DNA of 64,000 nucleotides from Dimorphilus gyrociliatus (lineage: Eukaryota > Animalia > Annelida). The translations under genes and the position numbers were made by a program. This document shows positions 23,689 to 36,305 of this stretch, piece by piece (positions within the stretch are counted from its first letter, which is position 1; the number at the start of each line of letters is the position of its first letter). Location of the stretch: positions 724,942 to 788,941 of the forward strand of contig CAJFCJ010000009.1 of assembly GCA_904063045.1 (NCBI GenBank). The letters are read 5' to 3'. A model generated the notes under the pieces. It saw only the letters and a list, made by a program, of their open reading frames with translations, was not told where the DNA came from and did not search any database.

Positions 23689-26600
23689 ATGGCCTCGTCG
23701 AGTAGACGCCGCCAACGTACAAGTGACAATGATAAAGAAGATAGTTCGTCTTCAACGATTGAGGGATTTCGTTTACCAAAAGCCAATCCTGCTAAACAAC
23801 AAAAGAAAAGCGAAACAAAAAGAAAATCCGATCAGTCACGCAAACGTAAAACGAATACGAACGATGTAGAAGTCAAAGATTTCCAGCTGAGTGATAGATT
23901 ACAGCAAGTTCGTCAATACATAAGACAGACATCAAATATGTTACGGGTAATGAAGTCAGCTGTTGTCAACGAAGACGATGAACGTATCCTTCAAGTAGAG
24001 GAAATGCTTCAAAGATTGAAAGAGCAGGAGAGAAAATATGTACAAATGCTGTTTATTACCAATTCTATGGGCGATCAATCGTCAGATTTTGAATTCGATA
24101 GGCCCATGATTGAAAGTGCTCTCGGAAGACACACAGATACCGATTATGATGATGATGGTATGGAAAATGGTATTAGCGCTCTACAAGAGCAAACTAGCTT
24201 ACTTCGCCAAGTTCTCCATAGAAGAGAGGAGTTAAGGGCTTTACAGGGGCGCCAGGCTGTATTGCTCGCGCTTCAGGGAGAATTAGGCCAAGGAAATGGA
24301 GATATGAATATAGATGCTCAGTCTTCAGACGGGACATCGCAGTCAGACAACGAAATAGTCTCCCCAACAAATAATGCCACTGCATCGAACAGCTCAAGTT
24401 ATGCTGCCGCTGCTCGATTAAACTATGTTAGAAATGTCGGTGACGTTAAAAGCGATTTCGGTTTAGAAGAATTGCAAAATCAAAAATATCATGTTGAATC
24501 TCTACTTAATCAATTGCAATCTCTAAAAGTATCCCCTGAGCCAATTGATATGGAACGACCACAAAACGTAAGGGCGAGTCACGGAAAGCAAAGTCAAGTA
24601 CTAAGAGAACAAAGACAAATACCAGATCAAAGAGAAGTTCAAGCAAAAATGAAGAAATTAGAGGAAGTTAAAAGAAAATTGAGCGAATTAAAAGATTTAG
24701 TTCAATTTTATCAGGCCGAAGGTGACGATAGCTTAGCTACTAGCAATTCTGAAATCACCTCAACTGGGTTACAGTTCGAAAGGCTTAGGGATGCCGAAGT
24801 AAAGCTGCAGCAATTAAGGATGGCCGTTGAAGAAGCTGAAGATGGTGCTGCTGCCCAAGTATTGATAGATCCTGATGCATTCGACGGGGATGACGAAGAT
24901 GACGAAGATGACGATGACGAAATTGATTCAATTGAACAAAACGGAAGAGCTGAAATTATGGATCATCAAGCACACTTAGCTTTTCTTCAGAATCAACTGC
25001 AATTGCTCAATGAACACCTAGAACAAGTAGAAAGGTCTAGTCAATCTACTGGGGTGGCTCAAACTCCTGGTTCCATCAGTGTAACGTTCCAAGAACCTTT
25101 ACCTACTGCTAGCAATGATGAAATTTATGATAGAATGCGACAACAAAGAATTTTACAGGAACAAATAAGAGATCAAAAGAAGGCTTTCGAAGATATGGTT
25201 AGCAAACCGCGAAGGATTGTCGATTCAAGAAATACTAGATTAGGTCCAACAACTAATGATTCGGAGGTAGCCAGTGCAGCGGCAACATCAGTTCATAGTG
25301 CTGCGGCTGCTACCTGGGGTGGCTCAGAAAATTCAGGCCGAAGGACAGCAGCGAGTAATGGTTCTATTCATTCCGATGACACTTTTATAATAGGAGGTAA
25401 TAAATTAAAAAACCTTTACCTTTAGAAATATAACATATCCTTTCTTTACTTACCAGGGACTTCAGGCCCATGTAGACCACCGAATGATAAACAATCAAAA
25501 AAGGAGATAAAGGAACTTAAAAGACGGATAGATTCTTTAACTGAGACTGTTAGTATTCTGCAAAGGACAAATAACAATACGGCTAATGAACAAACAACAG
25601 CGACTCTGCAACAGCAACATGTATTGTTAGCAATGCAACACTGTCTGGCGCAATTGTCACAGCAACAGAGAGATGTTACAAAATCTCAAAGTCATCTAAA
25701 TAAGTTAATTAGCAATCGAACTTCCATAGAAAATCAGAGTAGGACTCAAAAAACCTGGATGAAAGATAGAGCCACTTCTGGTAGTAATACGGCTATTCAA
25801 GAAAAAATATATTCAGAAGTAGCAACGTTAATATCTTTCAACGAAAATCGTCCACATTTTCTCCTTGATGCGGTCAGATATTTGCAACGGTTAAACACAG
25901 ATTTGCTACGTCAAAGAGCTTTATATAATCTTCGAGATGTTGTAGGAGAGAGTGAAACTTCTTCCGGAAAATACACTCTTTCAGAAAGTGATAGAACATC
26001 CACTCCACCTTTTGCTCATGACTCTCTAGGTGAAACAATCATAAATAGAGAGGAAGTTGCAAAACGTGCAAGGAATTTCAGAGCAGTAAAGACTGCAGGA
26101 TTGGATACAAATGCTCTTGATAACCAAGTCAAATGTATCATGCGGGAAGTTACAGGAGCAATTCGGGCCCACGCGAATGATATTTGTTCGACTAAGATGC
26201 TGCAGTATCTAGAACAAGTTGTTCTTCATTCGGTTAGAAGGTACACAACAATAGAATCTCATTCTAATACTATCGAAAAGCAGCTGAGTCGAGTACTACG
26301 TGATTCTCTCACTAAATACAACTCGAGAGCAGTTCAAGAATGTTGCGAGGAACTAATGATTGATATTAGTGAATTATTGTTTAATGAATTGGCCTTTGCC
26401 AGACTTCTTCATGGTTTGAATGAGCCCAACAAAAGAAGCTATACGGAATCAACTGACGAGGTGGATGATGACATTGAGAGTGAAATCATAGGAAGTGCCA
26501 TGGAAGAGGAAAAGCTTGATAGCGAAGCTGAAGCAATGGAAAGAAAGCGAGATGATGAGATGGCGGAATTGGTTGATTCCTATACATCTTCTGATGAAGA

Positions 26601-26901
26601 CGAAGCGATAGAAAAGAGAGAGGTTGAACTATCCTATGCGGAGAGAAAGCCGGTAACTCTAGATAGTGAAGAAGACGAAGCCGAAGGTATCGACGAGACT
26701 GCTGAGGTTATTGAGGAAAATGACACTGCTGTCAGAAGAGAGCAAGAAATAGGAGAAATAGAAATAACAATCGATGACATTCCTAAAGAGGGGTTGAATG
26801 TGTTTGCTATTAGTGGACTTCCCTTACCGACAACTTCTATGCTGGCTGGTGATGGTGACTCACTGCAGAATCCAATAGAACTCGTTGAACAGACAAATTA
26901 A
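23689..26901 (+). CDS. PCM1: Pericentriolar material 1 (centriolar satellite scaffold), ~1050 aa; intron 25397-25456
   Basis: SDRLQQVRQYI...LKEQERKYV, EELRALQGRQAVLLALQ, ATWGGS and IYSEVATLISFNENRPHFL...LNTDLLRQRALY match conserved PCM1 blocks. A short upstream exon (ATG ~23490/23496, donor 23513) is in phase and may extend the N-terminus. Confidence 0.85.
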
Positions 26902-27408
26902 TTATATAGTTTTAAGTACTTTAGAAAGTTTCACTTTGAGAAATACTGTTACACACCTTCTGTGATACACTTTGTAGTGAATTGTTCTTATACTCATTAT
27001 GAATAAACACATGAATGCCATTCAATTTGTTGAATTAAGATTGGTAATAAATGAAAGTTTATTTGTTTTTGTTTACAAGTTGTCATCAATCAATACTTTA
27101 AAAATTCTGAAACAGTTTAAGTAGTTTCGCAACTTTTATTTGCTGAAAATCTTGTAGTGACATCTTGTGTTTCTAAGTTTCAGGTCACCTAAATATTACT
27201 ACGCGGAGTAAAAGATTAACTTTTAACATTAGCATTATTAATTTATGGAAGCCAAAGAAAACGCCATAATATTTTTAAACAATTAAGACAATCCAGTTCA
27301 ATTATTAGATTGAATAATTTTAATAAAATCAAGAATGTTTTGAATATTGTATACTCCCGCGGAACGACAGTGCGTTAAGCGGTTTGCTTGAGTAGTGTTA
27401 GTTAGGCC

Positions 27409-30400
27409 ATGGCGGATAATACGGATAACAACAATAATTTCTCAAGTCAAGAAACGATTTCAAGATCTTCAGAAGAGTCATGCGAACAACAAAATGATCC
27501 AAGTGAAATCGAAGAACGTTTTCGAATTGACCGAAAGAAGTTAGAACAGATGCTGAAAAGTTAGTGCTCTTTAATATCAACACATACGAAGTGCATAAAG
27601 ACATTTTTGTTCTATTGAATTTTTTTTTTGTAAAATCCTATGAAACTATTTTTTTTGCTTTACAGATGAACTCAGTAATTCTGAATATGGAACAGAAGCG
27701 GAAGAATTCTTTGAAAAGGTAATGAGATTCTCAAGAAACTCCATAATTCTTTTATAAGAGACTTCAACATATAGGTTATGAAAGCAACAAGCACTACAAT
27801 AACATGGCCTTCTCGACTCAAAATCGGTGCTAAATCAAAGAAAGGTTATAACGGTCTTTTTTTATTCTTTATTTAAGCAAATTTTGTTTTAAAAAATAGA
27901 TCCTCACATTAAAGTATTCGGCACTGCAGAGAACATTCAACTGGCTAAGGAACATGTAATGAGAGTTCTCGATTCTAAGGTATTATTCTCGCTTGTATTA
28001 TACCGTCTAATTAAAGACTTTTTTTCGATTGGAAGAACACTTAAAAATTATATTAGGCTTATTTGTGATAAATGTTCGATAGTTATAGGATTCAAAATGC
28101 CTGGCATTTCCTTAAATTTCTTTTAAGGCTACCAATTTGTTTGCAAAGGCTTTAGAGTGTTTTCTTTTGTGTAAATTCGTGAAAATTGTCTATTGTATAT
28201 AAAAATTGTACTTGCAGCCAATCTTGTTGACAATAAGCTTTTTCCTATCTGTCCTTTTGAGTAACGTTTTGAATAGATATTTTTATATGTAATTCTATCT
28301 TGCCGATTGCCTGGATTATATGGATGTATAAAGAAAATATTAAGCACCGAATGAACTTGATCGTCGTTGTTAGCCAAATTTATAAATTCTCTCATGTACT
28401 AAGTATAGACGCAATTACTTTTTTTTAGAGTCAACGCGTTACTTTGAAGATCGAGGTTCCTTATACAGAACATAGTCATGTGATAGGGAAAGGTGGACAA
28501 AATATCAGAAAAGTTATGGAAAAAACCAACTGTCACATCCACTTCCCAGATTCAAATCGTGGTAATACGCAGGATAAAAGTAATCAGGTAACAGTTCACG
28601 CTTTAGCGATCGACCGTTTCCCTTTCTCTTCTCTACTGCTAATCAATAATGAAAAACAATACGATCGTTACGGTTGCTCTTCGATTTGCCCTATTTAGAA
28701 TTAGTCATTTTAATACCCCTATCTATTTTGCCAAGAATTTTTTTTTATTGAACAACTCTTCATGTAAATATTTTCAGGTTTCGATCTCGGGAAGTCCAAA
28801 GGGAGTAGAGGAAGCCAGAGACAAGATTCGAGTATAAATTAAAATACATAAAATATATTCATTGGTTTTCAATAATTTTATACTGTTATTGTTGCTTCTC
28901 AGGCTCTACAACCTTTATTGGTGTCTTTTGAGATAGCTGCCTCACTAGTTCCAGCTCAATATCTCGATTCATCGTCTGAAGCTATTGAACAATTACAATA
29001 TGGAAATAATGTCACTATTATGACTAAATATCGAGGTAATACTATCGTAATTGCGGTTAGAAGTTCTGCGTGGAATGTCAATGCCATAAAAGTTATAATC
29101 TCTGAACTGAGCAATGGTCGATTAATGGTAAATGAGATAATTATTAAGATATGTATAAACATTCAAAATTTTTGCTATTTTTTTTCATAGCAAATTCCTG
29201 TAAAATTACAAATGGAGATGTCTCATCAACATCATGCTGCTCTTATAGGGAGACATTGTTCAGCTTTAAATCAAGCTATGACTCTCTCTCAAACTAAGAT
29301 TCAATTGTCTGAAATAAGTACCTGTAAAAGGTACACAGCAACTATCGTAGGCTTTTTTGATAGTGTCTTCGTAGCTCGGCAAATTATCTTGGTAAGTTCT
29401 TTATTAAATGTCATGTTATATAATCGACAAATATAAAGAACTGTGCAGTTGAATGATTTCTTTATTCTATTCATACACTTGCTACATGCCCTACTTTAAA
29501 TTTTTTTTCTAGGGTTACCTACCAATAGTGTTGATGTTTGATGCAAAAGAGGATGCACCATTCGATCAAGGTTTGTAAATATTATTAGATATAATTGTTC
29601 TCGAAATTCTGCTTGAACGTGCTTACTCGCGTATTTGAACGGACTCGGTGCTGTTGAACTGTTACGTCAATTTGAATTAGGATTCGTTCCATATTCAATT
29701 GTATTTACTATTTACCAACTGTAAACTAGTCTAATCGATTAAGAATTTTAAAAAATTTTGCCTTTAGACATTCGCACTTTTGTCGTGTTCAAGTGAAAAG
29801 TAAATATTTGTAGACAAGATTGTCGATTGAGTCCCGTAATAGTTCATTAATAACTGTAGGTGGTTTATCAAAAATTGCTTATCAGAAATAAGTGGGTGAA
29901 GAAGCTTTCAATTCGTGTTCGTAACAGGATCTTTTTTCACAAGATTCTATTTTCGAATGCTAGGTGAAAGTTAAACGACAGGTTATTCTAAATATAATTT
30001 ATGCCTTTCAGCAAGCGTAAACACCCTGGCTTCTGAACTTGAATTGAATGTCCATATCAAACCCAAGCCGAAACAATCATCTAAGGTAGCTTTTTTTTGC
30101 TTTTGTTGTTAACTTGACACTAGTTGCGTTAAATTTTTGTAAACAGTCAGTCAACGTTAAAACGAAAGAGCAAAATATTATCAAAGCTTTCCAGTCAAGG
30201 CAAAGACTGCTTTGCTTGTCTTCAGAAGATAATGTACCTACCCGACCAGAAAGTTCTATCCCGCCCCCTGTCACAAATAGTCTGTTTTTGTTTCTTTTGG
30301 AATTTCTTTTAAGTTATCAGGATGTATTTTTTAGGCTATTATCATCAGCCAGTTGTTTTACTGGCTCCCTCTTCTCAAATGCCTCCTAGCTATCTGTACA

Positions 30401-31687
30401 CCCCTACAAGAGTCGTTCAGTCGATGAAACCACCAGAATCTGGTAATAAGAAACACTTTTATTCTCGAGATTCTTTACGGTTAAAAACCATTACAGAACG
30501 AAAAGCGAATGGGGCCCCTACAAAATCTCACACTTCAACTTTAAACTCCGCCCAATGGCATCAAACCAAAGATGCGAAGCCTCTAGACAGGAATCTTGCA
30601 ACAGAATCAAAATCTAATCAAAACAATGATAGTTTCTCTGGAAAAGACATTAATTTAAAATTAACGTCGAGCACAAATTCTTTACCTGATGTTAGACCCC
30701 CACCAGGCCTTACAAAGGCTTGTGGTAGCTATTCTTTTGGTTGCACCGAAATGAAGACAAAATTCGGTGAAGCGGGACTTGCAAAACGCTCACAGGGTTC
30801 TGCCAAATTATTAGACGAGTTATTTAAATCTAAGCGGACACCTTTTGCTGTTTCTGATGTAAGCGGTACATCGCCTGCATCCTGCGAAAGTGGAGTTGAA
30901 CTAGATTCGGACGATACCTTTTTGAATGAACAACGAAAGGCACCTGGTGCTAATCGTCCTACTAGAATTTCAAATCATTTCGATTCGTCCTTGATTGAAA
31001 ATAATGTTCTCTTCGCTCCAAATCGAAAGAATTATGAAGAAAGGAAACATCTAGCTGATTTAGGTACCATAGTATTAATATTTTCACCTGGAAATTTCAA
31101 GTAATAATATCTTTTCAATAGCTATTCAAAAGAGGCCTGAAGGAGAGACGAGATCACCTACTAATTTTTTCTCTGGTTATGGTTTCTCAAAATCGATGTC
31201 ATGTACTCCCCTAGAAAATTCAGTCAGAAATATAATGCTTCAATCTAGTGAATTGTGTACTATGCCAGAAAATGATCCTAAAAATGATATTGATTCGATT
31301 GCAGCTGTAAGTGACATTCTTCATCAAAATGATTTGGATAAATATATAACTAAATTTGCTGAAGAGGAGGTTTTATTATTACTCTTTAATAACAGCTATA
31401 TGCTTATTATGCTCTTTTATAGATTGATATGAGTACTTTTCTCACTTTAAACGAAAGCGACTTGAAAGAATTACACATTGATACTTTTGGTGCCAGAAGG
31501 AAAATAATCTTGCTAATTAAAAGTAATTTTATTCTTTTTGCTATAAATACTTTATGAAAAAGATGTTTCAGATCTACAAACTGCTGCAAAAAATCATGAA
31601 ACTTCAGATACAACCTCTATGCTGCTGGATAATTACTGCACTAGACCTAAATCAGAAGTGGATCCTAGTCAAAGCTCAACGTGGTAA
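27409..31687 (+). CDS. BICC1: Bicaudal-C (KH and SAM RNA-binding protein, multi-exon)
   Basis: EERFRIDRKKLEQML, WPSRLKIGAKSKK|DPHIKV, HSHVIGKGGQNIRKVMEKTNCHIHFPDSNR and SAM domain EE|IDMSTFLTLNESDLKELHIDTFGARRKI. Confidence 0.95.
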
Positions 31688-33054
31688 ATGAAAGGAATCT
31701 CTTTGCTGGAAATGTTCCTCTTTTATTAAGCCTGATTTTTAATTTGCAAGCATTTCTCGACAAACTGCAGACTTTGCTGCCAATACAACAATCATGATGG
31801 TTTTTAGTTTATAACCTCGGCACAAATCAGTGTGCCTGCATGCATATTCTTCTCGTGTCTTCAGAAATTCATGCCTTATTTGCTTGCAGAACTTTTATTA
31901 AAACGCTGTGATGTTTTTCTATGCCATTTTTATTGTTGTCTAAATATGTCATTTTTTTTTATTGTTCAATTTTCACGTGATGCCTTAAGCATCTAAGATT
32001 TTAATGAGTGAACCAATAATTAGGAATGTCTTTTGTGTAGTGTTAAATTTTTAGATGTTACGGCTAATCTAATACTCTGTTCAATCTTTTACACTTTTTT
32101 TTTTGTGCTCAAGTTTCCAATCAATATCTCATTGTATCAGGGTAATAAACATGGAAGAATAAAATAGGACTTTGAATAAATGATAAAGATGACATAATTA
32201 GATTGTCTAGATTTTTACCTAACCCATCAACCTATCTATTAAGCTTTTTATTATAAAATTATATTCAATTGAATATAATAACGATATATTGTAAAAGCTT
32301 AAATGAAATTAGAAATGGAACAATTATCTTATGTGAAAAAAATATCAATTTATCCTTGAATAAGAGGAGAATAAAAAGAAAATTCCGTTCTATATGAATT
32401 ATAAGTGCAACCAGAAAATTTAATGATTGATTTCTCAAATGTAGACAAAAAAAGACATTGGGAATACATTATTTATTACCAGTATTATTTATGTTATACC
32501 GATCAATTTCGTTTAATGTCTATTAGACGAACCGATCTTTTCTTCTTGCAGGGAAACACACTCTTCATACTGATTACTCTGAATTTGTTTACTTTATATT
32601 CTACCTTTTTTTTTCCTTGAATTATAGATCAGAATCGACTATTCTCGGCTGAATATAAGAACGGTTTTTGTTTGAATAAAAAGTAAAAAAATATTCCTAT
32701 GTCTTCACTTTAAAATTCCTTTTTACTGATTTCCTTTTTTAAAAGAAAATCTCTAAATATATGGAAAAATCGTTGATTAATTCAAACTATTTATAGTATT
32801 CTTTTAGATATATATACACTATATATATAGATTTTCGACCGATAGATGGAGCTTTTATTCCAATTTAAGAATGTACTCAACTTAAGTTATATTTTTTGTT
32901 TCGAATTTTGCAGAGTGATAAAACTTGTGCAGCTCGTATAACTTCTTTACGTAATATTCAAGTCTTTAGAAAGAGTTGACATTGCGTGCCATATAGATTA
33001 AAAGGCCTAATACCGAAATAGTCTTAGTAGGACAGGTGGCACAGCGCGATTAAG

Positions 33055-33896
33055 ATGACTACCGGAGAGGAAAGACTTGTTATTGTCGAAATATGTGGCA
33101 ATTATGCTAAATTAACCCTTAACAATGGAGAGGATAATAGAATTAATCCAGAATTCATAAGAGATTTCAATATAGCTCTGGATAAAGTTCTTGAGTTAGT
33201 CTTACGATTTGTTTATTACTATATTTTAATGTTTTACAAATATTCTATTTAAGGTCAGAAAATGTAACTTATATGATAACTACTGGTCGAGGTCGATTTT
33301 TCAGCAATGGTTTGCAATTAACTGACGAGAGAGTAGGTGGAGACGAATTTTGGATAGAGTTTAATGCATTGGTTTCCAGACTCGTTTGTTTTCCAATATT
33401 GACAATTGCAATGTTAAACGGTTGGTAAACCAATCTTCAATACCCTCAACCTTCTATGTAAATTATTACTTGTATTCTAGGACACACATTTGCCGGAGGT
33501 GCAATGCTGGCTTTATCGCACGACTATAGAATTATGAACAGTACTAAGGGTTGGATAAGTTTTAACGAAGTCTTCCTAAATGCTAGACTTCCTCATTTTG
33601 TTATGGCACTTATAAAAACCAAAGTAGCTGGAGACTACGCTAGACAAAAGTTTGTTGTAAATGCTACTCGTTTAGTTTCGAGCGAAGCTATCAAACTTGG
33701 AATTGTTCACGCCGATGCAAAAGCTGAGGATTTGGAGCGAACCGTTCATGATTTTGCTCAACAAAGAACTAAGAAAATCAATGCAAGTCATAGATGGATA
33801 ACTCACAGAATTAAATTGGATTTGTACGACGATCTTGTAAAACAAAAAAATATCGTTGGCAACACTGACAATGAAGAGCTTGAAAGTAAATTATAA
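33055..33896 (+). CDS. Crotonase-fold delta3,delta2-enoyl-CoA isomerase-like protein, peroxisomal (-SKL), 3 exons
   Basis: NRINP, ITTGRGRFFSNG, PILTIAMLNG|HTFAGGAMLALSHDYRIM and SFNEV. Ends ELESKL*. Confidence 0.85.
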
Positions 33897-34353
33897 AAAG
33901 AACTTAATCCAACTGCTCTTTCACAAGTTCATTTAATGATTTCTATTGATTGCAAAAGAACAAAAGCTTTTCCTCTATCTGAAATTGAACAGGATGAGGA
34001 AAAAATTCTTTTTTGTATTAAATATAGAAAAAGCAGAGATTCTTATTTCTAAAAGCATTTTATTTAGTTCTCTTTCATATTTTTTGGGGATAAAATTTCC
34101 TCAAATAATTCATTTTTTATAAAAGATATTATCATCAAAAAATCAACAAAGTTCACAAGTCAGAATATCAAGCTTTTGGAATTTAAAGCCTGTTTCTCTT
34201 TCTATAAATAATTACATTGAAAAGCAAATTATTAATATATATATACAGTATATAAGTTAGTAAAATATGAGAAAAAATTCATAATAAACGAAATACTGTT
34301 TAAAAAATACGTAAAATGTTTGCAGTTCAGAAATAATTCTCAAACAGAGAATA

Positions 34354-35717
34354 TTAATCAAGCCATTGTTCAATGCATTGTTTAAACACAGTCAAATTTC
34401 CATGCCATTTTGTATGAAACACACCAGGAACTGTACAAAAATGTAATTTATTTTGTTCTTCCAGCGTTTTTAATCCAATTGCATCAGTTTTATATAAATG
34501 TCTATCTTTGTAATTAACAACTTGTTCATTTTCATCAAAAATTGAAAATTGACTGAAAGAAAATATTGAATTTAGTTTTTTAATTATTATTCATTATTAT
34601 ATTATGTAATAACCTGGATTGCCATGGTGTAATTACACCATCATCCGGACCTCCAATAAGGATGAAGTTGTTCAATTGTAGCAGATTCCTTTTATATTCT
34701 GAACATGAAATATATAAAAATTAAATATAATATATAGAATCTAAAGAGACAGTTAAAAAAAACTTATTACTAGCAGATTGTTCAGTTATGACAGAATTAT
34801 CCATTTTTGGTAAAAAAGTGTTATATTTAAGATACATCTCGTGGTGATGAGGATCTATTTTGATGATAAAAATTTTAAATCAAAGAATTAAGAATAAATT
34901 AAAAAAGCTAACCATTCCAGTAGTTTCCTACCGACCATCTCTGTCCTTCCAATGTATAAAAAAACCTTAAAGGAATAAATTCTTATCAAACACAATAAAC
35001 AAAGTCAAGTCTTACTAAAAAAGAAAAAATCTTACCTATAAGCCTCCTCTTTTATTAAATGAAAATGAATATATACAGTATTTCCATACTGACCACCTTG
35101 TGGCGAACTTAATGATATAAAATTTCTGACTCTATGTTTATCTTCGCTTTGAATAAATGATCTGCATAACAGTCCACCTGAAAATCGCAATATAAAATAG
35201 ATCACAACCGATATGCATAAGTGTTAGTGTTCAGATTTTATATATCGCAACAAATTGTTCGTATAGATAAGTAGATTAAAAATATTACTAAGCGCTTATC
35301 CTAAAATTTTAAACTATGAATGAAGAAAGAGAGTTTACCCTGTGAGAAGCAAAGTAAATTATATCCATCCTCGAAATGACTGGTTTTATTCATAATTAAT
35401 TTTGATACGTCATGAAGTTGCAACCACATGCTATCAAAGCTTTGGAAATCATTATAAGCATCTATAACAACGGTTGGCGTTCCAGGGTGGTACTATACAA
35501 TGGAACATTCTCTTTGTTAGGTACTCACGGGTATTATTTTATATTTTGAACTTACAGTTTCTAAAATCTTTAAGAAATCTTTAAATTCTGCTGGACCATT
35601 CAGGATACCGTGGACAAGAACGATTGGACGAAAGCATATGACTCCTTGAAAACATATAAAAAAGGCAAGCATAAACCATGGCAAGAAGATAGTAGATTGA
35701 ACGGCGGCAATGTTCAT
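34354..35717 (-). CDS. PPT2: Lysosomal thioesterase PPT2-like (multi-exon)
   Basis: Signal peptide, RPIVLVHGI, CFSQG|GL (nucleophile Ser), FISLSSPQGGQYG, GGPDDGVITPWQS (Asp), GVFHTKWH (His) and CIEQWLD*. Confidence 0.9.
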
Positions 35718-35907
35718 ATTTTTAAAATATTTATTCCTTTCGTATTTCTTGATATCAATTTAAAAATTAGAGCTCAATTATGATGTAATTTATCGTCTTC
35801 GACGTAAATACGACCGATTAGATCTGTATTTACGTACATACATTGAGCATCACGGTCATCGATGCTCTCATTTAAAAGTAAAGTTCGTCTGCTAAAATAG
35901 GATGATT

Positions 35908-35917
35908 GTCACATGAC
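35908..35917. promoter_or_regulatory. CLEAR/M-box-like element GTCACATGAC upstream of PPT2
   Basis: One mismatch to GTCACGTGAC, 190 nt upstream of the ATG of a lysosomal hydrolase gene. Confidence 0.5.
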
Positions 35918-36305
35918 AGACACTGAATAATAAAGGTCAAGGTTACTCTTTCAAAACTGATTTCCTAATCTGTTTTGAAACCGTAAATTAAGAGAGGTCA
36001 CGAAGTTTGAATATTCATCAGGATAATTAGCAGAGTAAAAAACACTATTATACTGAATTAATTACCCATAATTGACTCACTATTGGTCATAAACAACTGT
36101 TTCAATTAAAAGTGTTTCAAGTTTAAAACAGTAAAATAAGTAATAAAAGAATTATTTTATGACGATTAATTTACACATAAAAAATGAAATTAATCCTAAA
36201 TTTCTTGTATATTTTTTGTGAAAAAAAACCTTTTTTTCACTACTCGTCGTTTACGAAAATGTACAGAAATAACAATAAAAACATAATTCATATTCTCAAT
36301 GTAGC

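Noticed and set aside
23689-26901. Two long ORFs (578 and 425 aa) as two genes
   Set aside because: A 60-nt GT-AG intron joins them in frame, and both halves carry PCM1 blocks.
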